Part shown: positions 19,522 to 28,214 of the stretch, one piece after another
How the letters are laid out: the number at the start of each line of letters is the position of its first letter
Numbering within the stretch: position 1 is the first letter of the stretch
Source of the DNA: Myxococcales bacterium
Lineage (GTDB): Bacteria > Myxococcota_A > Bradymonadia > Bradymonadales > Bradymonadaceae
Assembly (NCBI GenBank): GCA_007135085.1
Contig: SLJM01000154.1
Coordinates: forward strand, 293 to 64,292
Length of the DNA: 64,000 bases
Direction of reading: 5' to 3'
The notes under the pieces: model-generated
Databases searched by the model: none
Told to the model about the DNA's origin: nothing
Seen by the model: the letters and a program-made list of their open reading frames with translations, nothing else
Program-made: the position numbers and the translations under genes

Positions 19522-22500
19522 TCACTGACATTGGTCTGCGTGCAACGCACCGGGAAGGGTCGCTCCCCCGTCGAGGCCGCTTCGCAGCCAGGCTGTGATT
19601 TGCTCCCGTGCGCATTGGGCGGCCGAAAATTGAGGCGATGTATCGTCGACGTCGGCCACAAAGGCGTGGGAGACGTCCTCAAAGGTGGTCGGCCCCAGGT
19701 TGACCCCCAGCTCACTGGCCAGGGCCTCGGTGGCCCGATTGACCACCGTGCGGTCACCGACAGACATCTGAAGCAAGACGTCTGAGGCCGTCACGTACTC
19801 CACGCATACCTCCTGACCGCTGACGGTCTCGCATTCCCACCCGCCATCGCAGTCGCTGTCATCGCTGCAGGTGGCTCCCGTGGTATTGGCAAATGAATCC
19901 TGATCTGCGTCGTAGCTCAGAGTTGGAAGTCCACCGGAAGTGGCCAGGTCGGCGAAGATAAACGGGTCGATGGCGTCTGCCAGCCATTGGACGAAGACCA
20001 TGGCCTCGAAGAAATCACTGCTACCAGGCTCCATCCCCATGGCGGCCAATTCGTCCAGCAGCGGTTCGCCGATGGTCGACGGTCCGTCCTCGTCACCGAG
20101 CAGCAGCCAGGTCAGACGCCCCCCTGCTCCGTTGAGCGCCACCGAGGTCACGGCCGGTTCGACCGCCGTAAAGGGAACACCCACGATTCCGCCCAGGCTG
20201 ATCCCCGCAAAGGCGGCCCGCCCCGTAAAGAGCTGGTCGTCGCCGCCGATGGGAAGATCGCCGAGAATATCGGAGAAGAGTCCTTCCAGGCCGCTTTCGC
20301 CGTCTTCGCCCTCGATGATTCGAGTCAACACGAAGAGATCGACCATGGCCTGAACGAAGTTATTCTTGCTGTCCAAAAAGTCGTCGGAGAGAAAGCCGGC
20401 CCCGCTGGTCTCGGGAAGGCTTTCGGGGTGGGTCGAACCAGCTCCCAGCGCACGTCCGCCGTGGAGAGGAAGATCCATGGCCAGCGTGGCCATGCAATTG
20501 GGATAGGAGGCCAGTTCATTGGCCAATCCCATTCCCGCCTGCCACCGATCGCCGCCCAGACCGTGCTGAGCGATCACGACATCGAAGGGCCCTTCACATT
20601 GTCCGCCGTCCTGCTCTTCTTCGGGGATGAAGATCGAGAACCCCACCGATTCACCGCCCTCGGCCAGGGTGCCCGTTTCCACGTCGACGGCCAGGGCGTC
20701 AAATTCGCCGCCCCGCTGGATGACCGAGACATTGGACATATCGACCATCAAACCGGGATGATTGGGGTGCTCGAACTCGTCGCCCACCTCGACCATATAG
20801 GGATCGTCGTCGGGAGCCATGCAACTATTGTCCTCCTCACAGGCCCGCCGGGCGGTGCGATCGGCACGCTGGGCGAATTCGTGAATCGCCAGCGCTCGAT
20901 ATTGGCGCAGAATGTCGATCGGATCTTCGATGAACATTCCCCACACGGCGCCAAACTCATGGCGTTTGTAACCGCTGATCAGGTCGAAGAATAGGAAGGC
21001 CGGGGAGAAAGCGCTCCGCGCCTCCTCCAGGGCTTCCAGAGTTTCGATATCCTCCTCGGTCTCGTCGGGGAGCGCCCACACCCGGCTCTGGCCATCGACG
21101 ATGAGGGGGTCCTCCATGCTCAAAAAGACCATAATCGGCGTGGGCTTGACCGGTCGCCCGTTGGCTCCTTTCAGATCAGGGGTGATGGCGCCGATATGAT
21201 TAGCGCCGGCGCGCAGGGGATCGACTGTCTCGTAGACGATTCGATCCATGCCGTGCTCATAGCGCAGGCTCAACGCATCTTCGCCGACGGGCACCGAGCC
21301 CTCGCGAGCAAAGAGGAATGAATCGTGGTCCAACGTGGCCTCGTCGATCTCGCCGGCCAGAGGCACCCAACCGGGGGCGCTTTGAGAAAATCCAGTGCGC
21401 TTATTCAGGGCCTCCAACAGCCCCTGCTGAGCCGAACTGATCCCGCCTGGAATCGGAATATTGACCGTCCCGTCGTCCCCTAGCAGCGCGGAGTGCGGGA
21501 AGGGAATCTGACCGGTCTCGGGGTTGAAGATGGCGAAGGTGTCGTTCCAGGTAAACCAGGTCCACAGCGCCGCCAGATCATTGTGATTCAGGTCGTATTC
21601 ATCGCCCACCAATTCGATCAGGGGCGCCACCAACTGACGGGCCCCTTCCAGAGTCTGAGCATCGTCGTCGCCCAGAATAGAGACCAGGGAATTGCCCTCG
21701 TCATCGACCAGGGGATAGGGCTGCATGGTCAAAAATAGAGGCGCCTCGGGCACCAACTCATACTCCCCTTGCGGGTCGGTGATATGGCGAGTGGCGAAGG
21801 CGAAATACTCGGCTCGCTCGTCCATGGAGGTGGGCACCATCTCTCCCTCCGAATTGGGCGCCAGAAGGGTGATGTCGATGGCGTAGCCCTCGGATTGCTC
21901 GGCCGTGCAATTGTCCACGGCAAATTCGCGATAAGAGACATGCACGTTGTGAATGCGAGCCCAGGACTCACCGTCATTTTTCCAGATCTGAACATCGTCA
22001 GCACCGATGGACTCCGGATCGATAGGGCCGGTCAGGGGCAACGTGATGGGTGCCGAGTCGGGCCATCCCGACAGGCTCGAGATATAGCTATCGAAGATGA
22101 CGTTATTTCGGTCCTCGGCGCCCACCTCTTCCATATCCATGTAACAGGTCGCCGAATTGGGGAAGGTGCCGTCCGGATCGAGGGCCACCGTATTGGGCAG
22201 GGGCACCTCCGCGTCGTCGGGATGAAAGGCGGCGGCCGTCTCGGGCATCATCGTCCATCGCGCCATGGAGACCACGTCATCGCGATCGACGGGGTCGTCG
22301 CCCCCCACTCCCTCTTCAATCTGCTCGAAGACCGGCCCGTAGAGCTGGCGAAGCCCCTCGAGGGACACCGCCGTTTCCTCGTCGGGGATCAGATCAAGAG
22401 CGGGCTGGCCGTCGGCATCGACCAGCGATGTTCGGGAAGCAGCAAACCAGATCGGCAGCGCCATACCCACTGAATTCCCACGAGCATCTTCCAGAGCGTT

Positions 22501-22986
22501 GGTGGCCACCACCGCATATTGTTCGCCCGCCACCAATCCCTGGGCGGGAATCACATGAATTTTGGTCGCCGGCTCTCCCTCGACATGGATCAATTGGGCC
22601 ACTTCGACGCGCTCCAATTGCCCGTCGTCGAATCGATATAGGCGCACCGACTCATCGTTGATGGTCTCCTCGTTTAAGGGGCCGGTAAAGGGAATCTCGA
22701 TGCCCGACGTGCGCGGCCAGCCGCTCAACCCGCTCAGATAATCCGACAGCTCCCCGGCAGCGGTGCCCGCTTCGGCACCGGGCAGGCCCGGGAGTTTGCC
22801 ATCGCGCATGGCCGCGTCATTGGGCAGGGGAATGATCTCCTCCACCGGATCGAAGAGCGCTTCTACCCGATCCACCGGCGGCGCCCGCAGCGGTTCTTCT
22901 TCACAGGCCGCCAAAAAACAGGCGGCGACCATGATGGCGCTCAGGCCGATCTGAAAGGAGACTCTCCAACGATACCTTTTCTTCAT
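19522..22986 (-). CDS. large lipoprotein alpha/beta-hydrolase (secreted lipase/esterase-like), C-terminal Cys-rich module
   Basis: Start trimmed to ATG 22986. Lipoprotein signal MKKRYRWRVSFQIGLSAIMVAACFLAAC. Oxyanion-type VVIAQHGLGGDRW, nucleophile elbow FAGISLGGIVG, and three [IV]P[LF]P[NH] motifs in the N-terminal 550 aa. The stop lies 58 nt upstream of the fadL-like start. Confidence 0.65.
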   Translation of the reverse strand: MKKRYRWRVSFQIGLSAIMVAACFLAACEEEPLRAPPVDRVEALFDPVEEIIPLPNDAAMRDGKLPGLPGAEAGTAAGELSDYLSGLSGWPRTSGIEIPFTGPLNEETINDESVRLYRFDDGQLERVEVAQLIHVEGEPATKIHVIPAQGLVAGEQYAVVATNALEDARGNSVGMALPIWFAASRTSLVDADGQPALDLIPDEETAVSLEGLRQLYGPVFEQIEEGVGGDDPVDRDDVVSMARWTMMPETAAAFHPDDAEVPLPNTVALDPDGTFPNSATCYMDMEEVGAEDRNNVIFDSYISSLSGWPDSAPITLPLTGPIDPESIGADDVQIWKNDGESWARIHNVHVSYREFAVDNCTAEQSEGYAIDITLLAPNSEGEMVPTSMDERAEYFAFATRHITDPQGEYELVPEAPLFLTMQPYPLVDDEGNSLVSILGDDDAQTLEGARQLVAPLIELVGDEYDLNHNDLAALWTWFTWNDTFAIFNPETGQIPFPHSALLGDDGTVNIPIPGGISSAQQGLLEALNKRTGFSQSAPGWVPLAGEIDEATLDHDSFLFAREGSVPVGEDALSLRYEHGMDRIVYETVDPLRAGANHIGAITPDLKGANGRPVKPTPIMVFLSMEDPLIVDGQSRVWALPDETEEDIETLEALEEARSAFSPAFLFFDLISGYKRHEFGAVWGMFIEDPIDILRQYRALAIHEFAQRADRTARRACEEDNSCMAPDDDPYMVEVGDEFEHPNHPGLMVDMSNVSVIQRGGEFDALAVDVETGTLAEGGESVGFSIFIPEEEQDGGQCEGPFDVVIAQHGLGGDRWQAGMGLANELASYPNCMATLAMDLPLHGGRALGAGSTHPESLPETSGAGFLSDDFLDSKNNFVQAMVDLFVLTRIIEGEDGESGLEGLFSDILGDLPIGGDDQLFTGRAAFAGISLGGIVGVPFTAVEPAVTSVALNGAGGRLTWLLLGDEDGPSTIGEPLLDELAAMGMEPGSSDFFEAMVFVQWLADAIDPFIFADLATSGGLPTLSYDADQDSFANTTGATCSDDSDCDGGWECETVSGQEVCVEYVTASDVLLQMSVGDRTVVNRATEALASELGVNLGPTTFEDVSHAFVADVDDTSPQFSAAQCAREQITAWLRSGLDGGATLPGALHADQCQ

Positions 22987-23330
22987 ACTTCCCTCGCCAC
23001 TGCAGATAAGACCGCGCAGATTCTTTATCAGAGGAGTCGGAACGTGGTTCGGGTCGTTGCCCGCCACTACCGAGTTGGCTGAATCACTTCGTTGCACTTG
23101 AGCGCATCATATCCCATCGACACCGATGTTCAAGGCCCATTCAATCGGCGTCGAGGGCCAATGGATTCTTGATGGGTTTACCCCATCAGTGTTAGAACCG
23201 GACCGGACGCAGGGTGCTCTGAGGCACCCCGTCCTGGCGGTTGCCGCTGTGCACCCCACTATCGGCGCGGAACAGCGACGAATTAGATGTTTTAAATCTT
23301 AGCGCTTCTATTGTTTTCGAGGTTTTTTCC

Positions 23331-23666
23331 ATGGCCCCATCTGAATGCACAATCGGCCCGGGCATCGCCATCAACGGCCGGGTCTCCGGCGATGAAGAAG
23401 TCGTCGTCTTCGGCTCCATTGAGGGCACGATCGCTCTGGAGAGCAAATTGACCGTCGAAGAAGGCGGCACGGTCGTCGCCGATATAGACGTCGACGCCGT
23501 GGTCATCCGCGGTCAGGTCAACGGCGAGGTCGTGGCCCGACAGACCGTAGAGCTTCTCGACGGTTGCCTGGTCACCGGTAATCTGCGAGCCCCGCGGATC
23601 ATCATCGAAGAAGGCGCCCGCTTCCAGGGTAATATCGATATGGACGTCGACCTGGCTGCCCAGTGA
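23331..23666 (+). CDS. bactofilin (DUF583) 1
   Basis: 111 aa. Beta-helical repeat pattern IAINGRVSGDEEVVVFGSIEGTIALESKLTVEEGGTVVADIDVDAVVIRGQVNGEV...GNIDM. GAGG RBS. ORF-track start 23241 trimmed. Confidence 0.85.
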   Translation: MAPSECTIGPGIAINGRVSGDEEVVVFGSIEGTIALESKLTVEEGGTVVADIDVDAVVIRGQVNGEVVARQTVELLDGCLVTGNLRAPRIIIEEGARFQGNIDMDVDLAAQ

Positions 23667-23718
23667 TCGTCGTCGTTAAACTGAGAATGAATACCACCTT
23701 GCTGTAAGGAGTTTTTCC

Positions 23719-24036
23719 ATGGCTGACACCGTCATTGGTACAAATATCACCGTCGACGGCGAAATCACCGGCTCCGATCCGGTCATCGTCGAAGGCACCG
23801 TCAAAGGTCGTATCGCCACTGAAGCCGCCCTGACCGTCGCCGAAGGTGGCGTGGTCGAGGCCGACGTGGAGACTCCGGAGATCACCGTCAGCGGACAGGT
23901 CACGGGTAATATCACCGGCGGCGACCGCGTCGAGATCACCGCCGAGGGACGCATGGTGGGCGATATTAAAGCCCCCCGTATCCTGATCGCCGACGGAGCC
24001 GGATTCAAAGGTCATATCGACATGGACGTGGAATAA
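23719..24036 (+). CDS. bactofilin (DUF583) 2
   Basis: 105 aa with the same repeat pattern (ITVDGEITGSDPVIVEGTVKGRIATEAALTVAEGGVVEADVETPEITVSGQVTGNI...GHIDM). AAGGAG RBS. Confidence 0.85.
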   Translation: MADTVIGTNITVDGEITGSDPVIVEGTVKGRIATEAALTVAEGGVVEADVETPEITVSGQVTGNITGGDRVEITAEGRMVGDIKAPRILIADGAGFKGHIDMDVE

Positions 24037-24039
24037 ACC

Positions 24040-24759
24040 ATGGCAGATCCCACAATCATCGCCGGCGGCACCACCATTGCCGGCCGTATTCACGGCACCG
24101 ACGGCGATCTCTCCGTAGAGGGATTCGTCGACGGTACCATCGAACTCTCCCAGACCGTTCAGATCGCTCCCCAAGGCCGGGTCAATGGCGAAGTGCGGGC
24201 CCGACAGGTCATCGTCGAGGGTACTTTCCAGGGTGATATCGTCGCCCAAGAGCGAGTCGTCCTCGCCGCCACCGCCCGTGCCGTGGCCACCATCGAAGCC
24301 CCTGTGGTGGAGATGGTCGACGGTGCTCAATTGCGCGGTGAGTTGACCGTCGGTGTCGACGGTGAGGTGAGCATCTCGGCCGAGACGCCCAGTTCACGCC
24401 GAGCATCGACCTCCCGGGCCACGACCACTCGTTCTACCACCACCACGACCCGCCGGGAGGCTCCCGCGACCACCGGGGCGTCAGCCGCTACGGCGGCAGC
24501 TCCGGCGGCGACGACCACCACCACGGTCGTCACCGAGCCCGACGACGAGGACGACGACTCCGAACCGGCCCCCGAACCATCGGAGCCCAAAGAGGAGTCC
24601 GATCAGGAAGTGGTCACCGAAGAGGAGATCGAGGAATACCGCGAGGACTTTACGGTCAAGGAGTTGCGCGATCGTCTGCGCGACCTCGACCTGCGCGTCA
24701 GCGGTACCAAAGATGAACTCATCGAACGACTCCTGGCGGCCGAAGCGGGTGAAAGTTGA
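24040..24759 (+). CDS. bactofilin 3 with T/A/R-rich and acidic linker and a C-terminal SAP/HeH motif
   Basis: Bactofilin core in residues 1-110. Low-complexity linker RRASTSRATTTRSTTTTTRREAPATT...DDEDDDSEPAPEPSEPKEE. C-terminal FTVKELRDRLRDLDLRVSGTKDELIERLLAAE, encoded at about 24646-24744. Confidence 0.85.
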   Translation: MADPTIIAGGTTIAGRIHGTDGDLSVEGFVDGTIELSQTVQIAPQGRVNGEVRARQVIVEGTFQGDIVAQERVVLAATARAVATIEAPVVEMVDGAQLRGELTVGVDGEVSISAETPSSRRASTSRATTTRSTTTTTRREAPATTGASAATAAAPAATTTTTVVTEPDDEDDDSEPAPEPSEPKEESDQEVVTEEEIEEYREDFTVKELRDRLRDLDLRVSGTKDELIERLLAAEAGES

Positions 24760-24781
24760 CCTTCGAGAGGCTGGTGGAACT

Positions 24782-25342
24782 ATGAGCAATTCAGCGAGAG
24801 CACAATTAGCCGATCTGCTTCGAGCCCATTCGGTGCGACAGGGGCGTTTTGAACTCTCCAGCGGCGAAGTCAGCGATGTCTACGTCGACGTCAAATCCAC
24901 CAGCCTCACCGGCGCGGGAGCCGACCTGATCGGTCGCCTCCTCTTCGAGCTGGTCGCCGATCTCGATCCCCGGCCAGAAGGCATCGGTGGTTTGACCCTG
25001 GGAGCCGATCCCCTGGTCACTGCCGTGTCTCTGACGGCCCACCTTCAGGGGACCGACCTGGCTGCACTGATCGTGCGAAAAGAAGCCAAAGGTCACGGCA
25101 CGGGCCGCGCCATCGAGGCCCCCCCCACATTGGAGAAAGGCGCCCGCGTGGTGGCCGTCGACGACGTGGTCACCACCGGGGGCTCGACATTGGTGGCCAT
25201 CGAGGCCATGCGCCAGGCCGGCTTTGTGGTCGAAGACGCGGTCTGCGTCGTCGATCGACAGGCCCAGGGCCGGCAGGCACTGGCCGATGCCGGCGTCACC
25301 TTGCACGCCCTCTATGCCCTCGACGAATTATTGGAGCCCTAA
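24782..25342 (+). CDS. pyrE: orotate phosphoribosyltransferase
   Basis: RFELSSGEVSDVYVDVK and PRPP-binding VVAVDDVVTTGGS. ORF-track start 24713 trimmed to ATG 24782. Confidence 0.9.
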   Translation: MSNSARAQLADLLRAHSVRQGRFELSSGEVSDVYVDVKSTSLTGAGADLIGRLLFELVADLDPRPEGIGGLTLGADPLVTAVSLTAHLQGTDLAALIVRKEAKGHGTGRAIEAPPTLEKGARVVAVDDVVTTGGSTLVAIEAMRQAGFVVEDAVCVVDRQAQGRQALADAGVTLHALYALDELLEP

Positions 25343-25345
25343 GCT

Positions 25346-26215
25346 GTGGATCACAGCTCCTATCTGACCGCCCGTGACGGCACCCGTATCTGGTACGGCA
25401 CCGTCGGCGAAGGGCCACCGCTTGTCCTATGCGATGGCTTGGCCTGCGACGGCTTTATCTGGCCCTACGTCATCGATCACTTCGTCGACGACTTCACCAT
25501 CGTGCGCTGGCATTATCGCGGTCACGGCGAAAGCGATCTGCCCCCCGATCCGGGGAGCGTGACCATGCCCCAATTCTATACCGATCTGGAGGATCTGCTC
25601 GACGAACTCCACATCGACCGGGCCATCCTGGCCGGCCACTCCATGGGAGTTCAGGTCATCCTGGGATTTATGGGCCATCGACCGGATCGGGTCTCGGCAC
25701 TGATCCCCATCTGCGGTAGCTATAAGAGGCCGCTCGACACCTTCCATGGAAGTGACCTTCTGCGCCGCGCCCTCCCCTATATGCAGCGGACCCTCGAGGT
25801 TGCTCCCCAGGTCATCCAGGCTGCCTGGAAGACACTGCTGCCCCGCCAATTCTGGTATCAATTTGCCGTCCAGGCCGCTGAGGTCAACGGACGGCTGCTG
25901 CGTCAGAAGGATTTCATCCCCTACCTGGAACACGCTGCCGAGATGGACCTGGAATTCTTCCTCGGTCTTCTCAGCGCCCTGTCCAACCACACCACAGAAG
26001 ATCTGCTCCCAGACATCGACGTGCCGGCCCTGATCATCGCCGGCGAACGCGATACCTTTACCCCACTCTTTCGTTCTCGAGAAATGGCCCAGCAGATCGG
26101 CGACAGCGAATTGGTCATCGTCCCCGGAGGCACCCATGTGGCGCCCCTGGAACTTCCCGATCTGGTGACGACGGCCATGGATCGGTTTTTCGACCGCCAT
26201 GACCTTCGAAAATGA
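25346..26215 (+). CDS. alpha/beta-fold hydrolase
   Basis: Nucleophile elbow LAGHSMG, C-terminal ...GGTHVAPLE, 289 aa, GTG start. Confidence 0.8.
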   Translation: MDHSSYLTARDGTRIWYGTVGEGPPLVLCDGLACDGFIWPYVIDHFVDDFTIVRWHYRGHGESDLPPDPGSVTMPQFYTDLEDLLDELHIDRAILAGHSMGVQVILGFMGHRPDRVSALIPICGSYKRPLDTFHGSDLLRRALPYMQRTLEVAPQVIQAAWKTLLPRQFWYQFAVQAAEVNGRLLRQKDFIPYLEHAAEMDLEFFLGLLSALSNHTTEDLLPDIDVPALIIAGERDTFTPLFRSREMAQQIGDSELVIVPGGTHVAPLELPDLVTTAMDRFFDRHDLRK

Positions 26216-26237
26216 GGTCCTGACCACTCGGGGAGCG

Positions 26238-27161
26238 CTAGCCGATGGTGACCCGAAGTAGCTGCTGGCCCATCAGAACAAGATCGCCGCTGGACAGGCG
26301 CCGCTCTTTGCGAATCTTGATATAGCTGCCATTGCTGCTGCCCAGATCGCGCAGATAATATTTGCCGCCGTCGCGATAGATGCGGGCATGCTTTCCGGAG
26401 ACGAAGCCGTCTTCCCGAAATAAGATGGTGCCGATCTCGCGGCCAATGGTGGCCTCATCACCGGAGATGGCAAAACCGCGGGTTTCGATATTGGGACCGC
26501 CGATTAGCGACAGTCGGCCCCATACACCGGGGTCGGGGCTGCCCTGAAGCCGGGTATCACTGTTCTTGGGTTGACCACCAATCGATCCGAGCTGTGAAAA
26601 TACCTCGAAGCGAAGCACTTCCTGACCGATGCGGATCAAGTCGCCCTGTTGGAGCTCTACGTCGTCTCTGAGCCGCCAGAACACACCGTTGAGACTATTG
26701 AGGTCGCGAAGTTTCAATACTCCCGACTCATAGCGAATCTCTGCGTGTCGCGGGGAGAGAAAGCCGTCGTCGGCCAGAACGTCGAATTCGCTGTCGCGAC
26801 CGAGGATCAACCCCGCCGAGCTCAACGGAATGCGTGCCCCCTCACTGCCGTCGGGTCGAATGACGGTCAACTCCCCGATCTGATCGGCGCCAGCGCTGGG
26901 CGCAGGTCCTCCCTGGACGGTGGCCGCCGCCTCCGAGGAGGCCGGTTGAGACGGCTTCTGAAGCTGCTCCAGCGAACCGCCGCAAGCTCCGCAGAATTTA
27001 AAGCCCGCCGGCACCTTGGTGCCGCAATGAGGGCAGTCGAGCTTCTCTGGTTCGCTCACTTTCTTCTCGGGCTTTGGCGCGGTCAACGCCGAGCCACACC
27101 CCAGGCAGAATTTAAACTCGTCTTCGTTTTCTCGTCCGCAATTGTCGCAGGCAATCGGCAT
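26238..27161 (-). CDS. double zinc-ribbon plus two FHA domains protein
   Basis: CDNCGRENEDEFKFCLGCGS and CPHCGTKVPAGFKFCGACGG. Two FHA cores: LILGRD...SPRHAEI...LRDLNSLNGVF and ATIGRE...SGKHARI...LRDLGSSNGSY. Start trimmed to ATG 27161 with a GAGGTG RBS; the ORF-track start is a TTG. Confidence 0.75.
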   Translation of the reverse strand: MPIACDNCGRENEDEFKFCLGCGSALTAPKPEKKVSEPEKLDCPHCGTKVPAGFKFCGACGGSLEQLQKPSQPASSEAAATVQGGPAPSAGADQIGELTVIRPDGSEGARIPLSSAGLILGRDSEFDVLADDGFLSPRHAEIRYESGVLKLRDLNSLNGVFWRLRDDVELQQGDLIRIGQEVLRFEVFSQLGSIGGQPKNSDTRLQGSPDPGVWGRLSLIGGPNIETRGFAISGDEATIGREIGTILFREDGFVSGKHARIYRDGGKYYLRDLGSSNGSYIKIRKERRLSSGDLVLMGQQLLRVTIG

Positions 27162-27407
27162 CGGCACACCTCGAAGGTTCGAATCCGGACAGAATCTGGC
27201 CTCAAAAGGACTATCAGGGAATCTCGAGGCACGCAACCAGCACCCCCCTGGTGGCCCGAAAAAGACCAGTCCATGGTGGTGATTTTTCCTCGGGTGTTCA
27301 ATTTCCCTAGAAACCCCGATAGTATTTTCATTGCTCCGGAGGGGAACACTTCATTGGTCCTTAATAGACCGCTGCCGGAGAGAACTCACCATCGATGAGG
27401 GGCCATC

Positions 27408-28202
27408 GTGTCGACGCCCAATATGTATTCCAATCCAGACCTGCCCGTTCTGAAAGTGATCGTCCTGGGCTTATTCATCTGTCTCCTCATGGGCTGCGCC
27501 AGCGGACCTCAGACCGGAGTGCGCCCCGATTTCGAGCACCAGCAGGTCACCACCGTGGCGGTGGCACCCTTTTATGCTCGCGGAGCCTTTGGGATGGACC
27601 AGGAGACAATGGAGAAGCTCCAACGCATCTATGAGGACCAGGCGGCCCAATCTCTGGAGCAACAGGGATTTCGAGTCATTCGAACCGAAGCCCTGCGTGA
27701 CCATCTAAAAACCCAACAATCGTGGAAACCCTTCGACGAGGGGATCTATCTTCGCCAGTCTCTGACCTATTATTTCGAGCCCCCTGTCGACGGGCGATCA
27801 CCATCGATCGAGGTGACGACGCTGCGCGAACTTGCACAACAGCAGGCATTCCCCGCCGAAGCGATCCTCTTTGGGGAAATCGTCTATCACAGCCAGGGCA
27901 TCTGCCGAGACGAACCGACCCAATTTACTCCCTACGCCCGCATGACGCTGACCTCTTCGGCGCCGGCCGCGCTACCGCGGCCCTGCGTGGTCAGTCACTT
28001 TCAGGCCAAGCTGGTCGACACCCGTACGGGTCGCACCATGTGGTTTAATCGAACCTTTTTGGAATCTCATAGCGCTCAATTGGGTCCCGAACTGGTCAAC
28101 CAGAACATCGCCGGTGTGGTCAGCGCGGCCATCACCGAAGAGGGTGGTGTCGCCCCACTGGCACCGGTCGACAAAGGCGAAGTCCACGCCGGTTCGCCGT
28201 GA
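27408..28202 (+). CDS. lipoprotein of unknown function (start GTG 27408 or ATG 27423)
   Basis: Lipobox LLMGC. Motifs VAVAPFY, AILFGEIVY and AKLVDTRTGRTMW resemble small periplasmic lipoproteins of the DUF799/LpoB/PelC type. That resemblance was judged by eye only. Confidence 0.5.
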   Translation: MSTPNMYSNPDLPVLKVIVLGLFICLLMGCASGPQTGVRPDFEHQQVTTVAVAPFYARGAFGMDQETMEKLQRIYEDQAAQSLEQQGFRVIRTEALRDHLKTQQSWKPFDEGIYLRQSLTYYFEPPVDGRSPSIEVTTLRELAQQQAFPAEAILFGEIVYHSQGICRDEPTQFTPYARMTLTSSAPAALPRPCVVSHFQAKLVDTRTGRTMWFNRTFLESHSAQLGPELVNQNIAGVVSAAITEEGGVAPLAPVDKGEVHAGSP

Positions 28203-28214
28203 CCCCTGCCCGGC

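Noticed and set aside
27408-28202. The lipoprotein convergent with sctV as a candidate SctJ (YscJ/PrgK) ring lipoprotein.
   Set aside because: Size and lipobox fit. However, the sequence shows none of the YscJ-family pattern and lacks the C-terminal transmembrane helix. It looks more like a small DUF799/LpoB-type lipoprotein.
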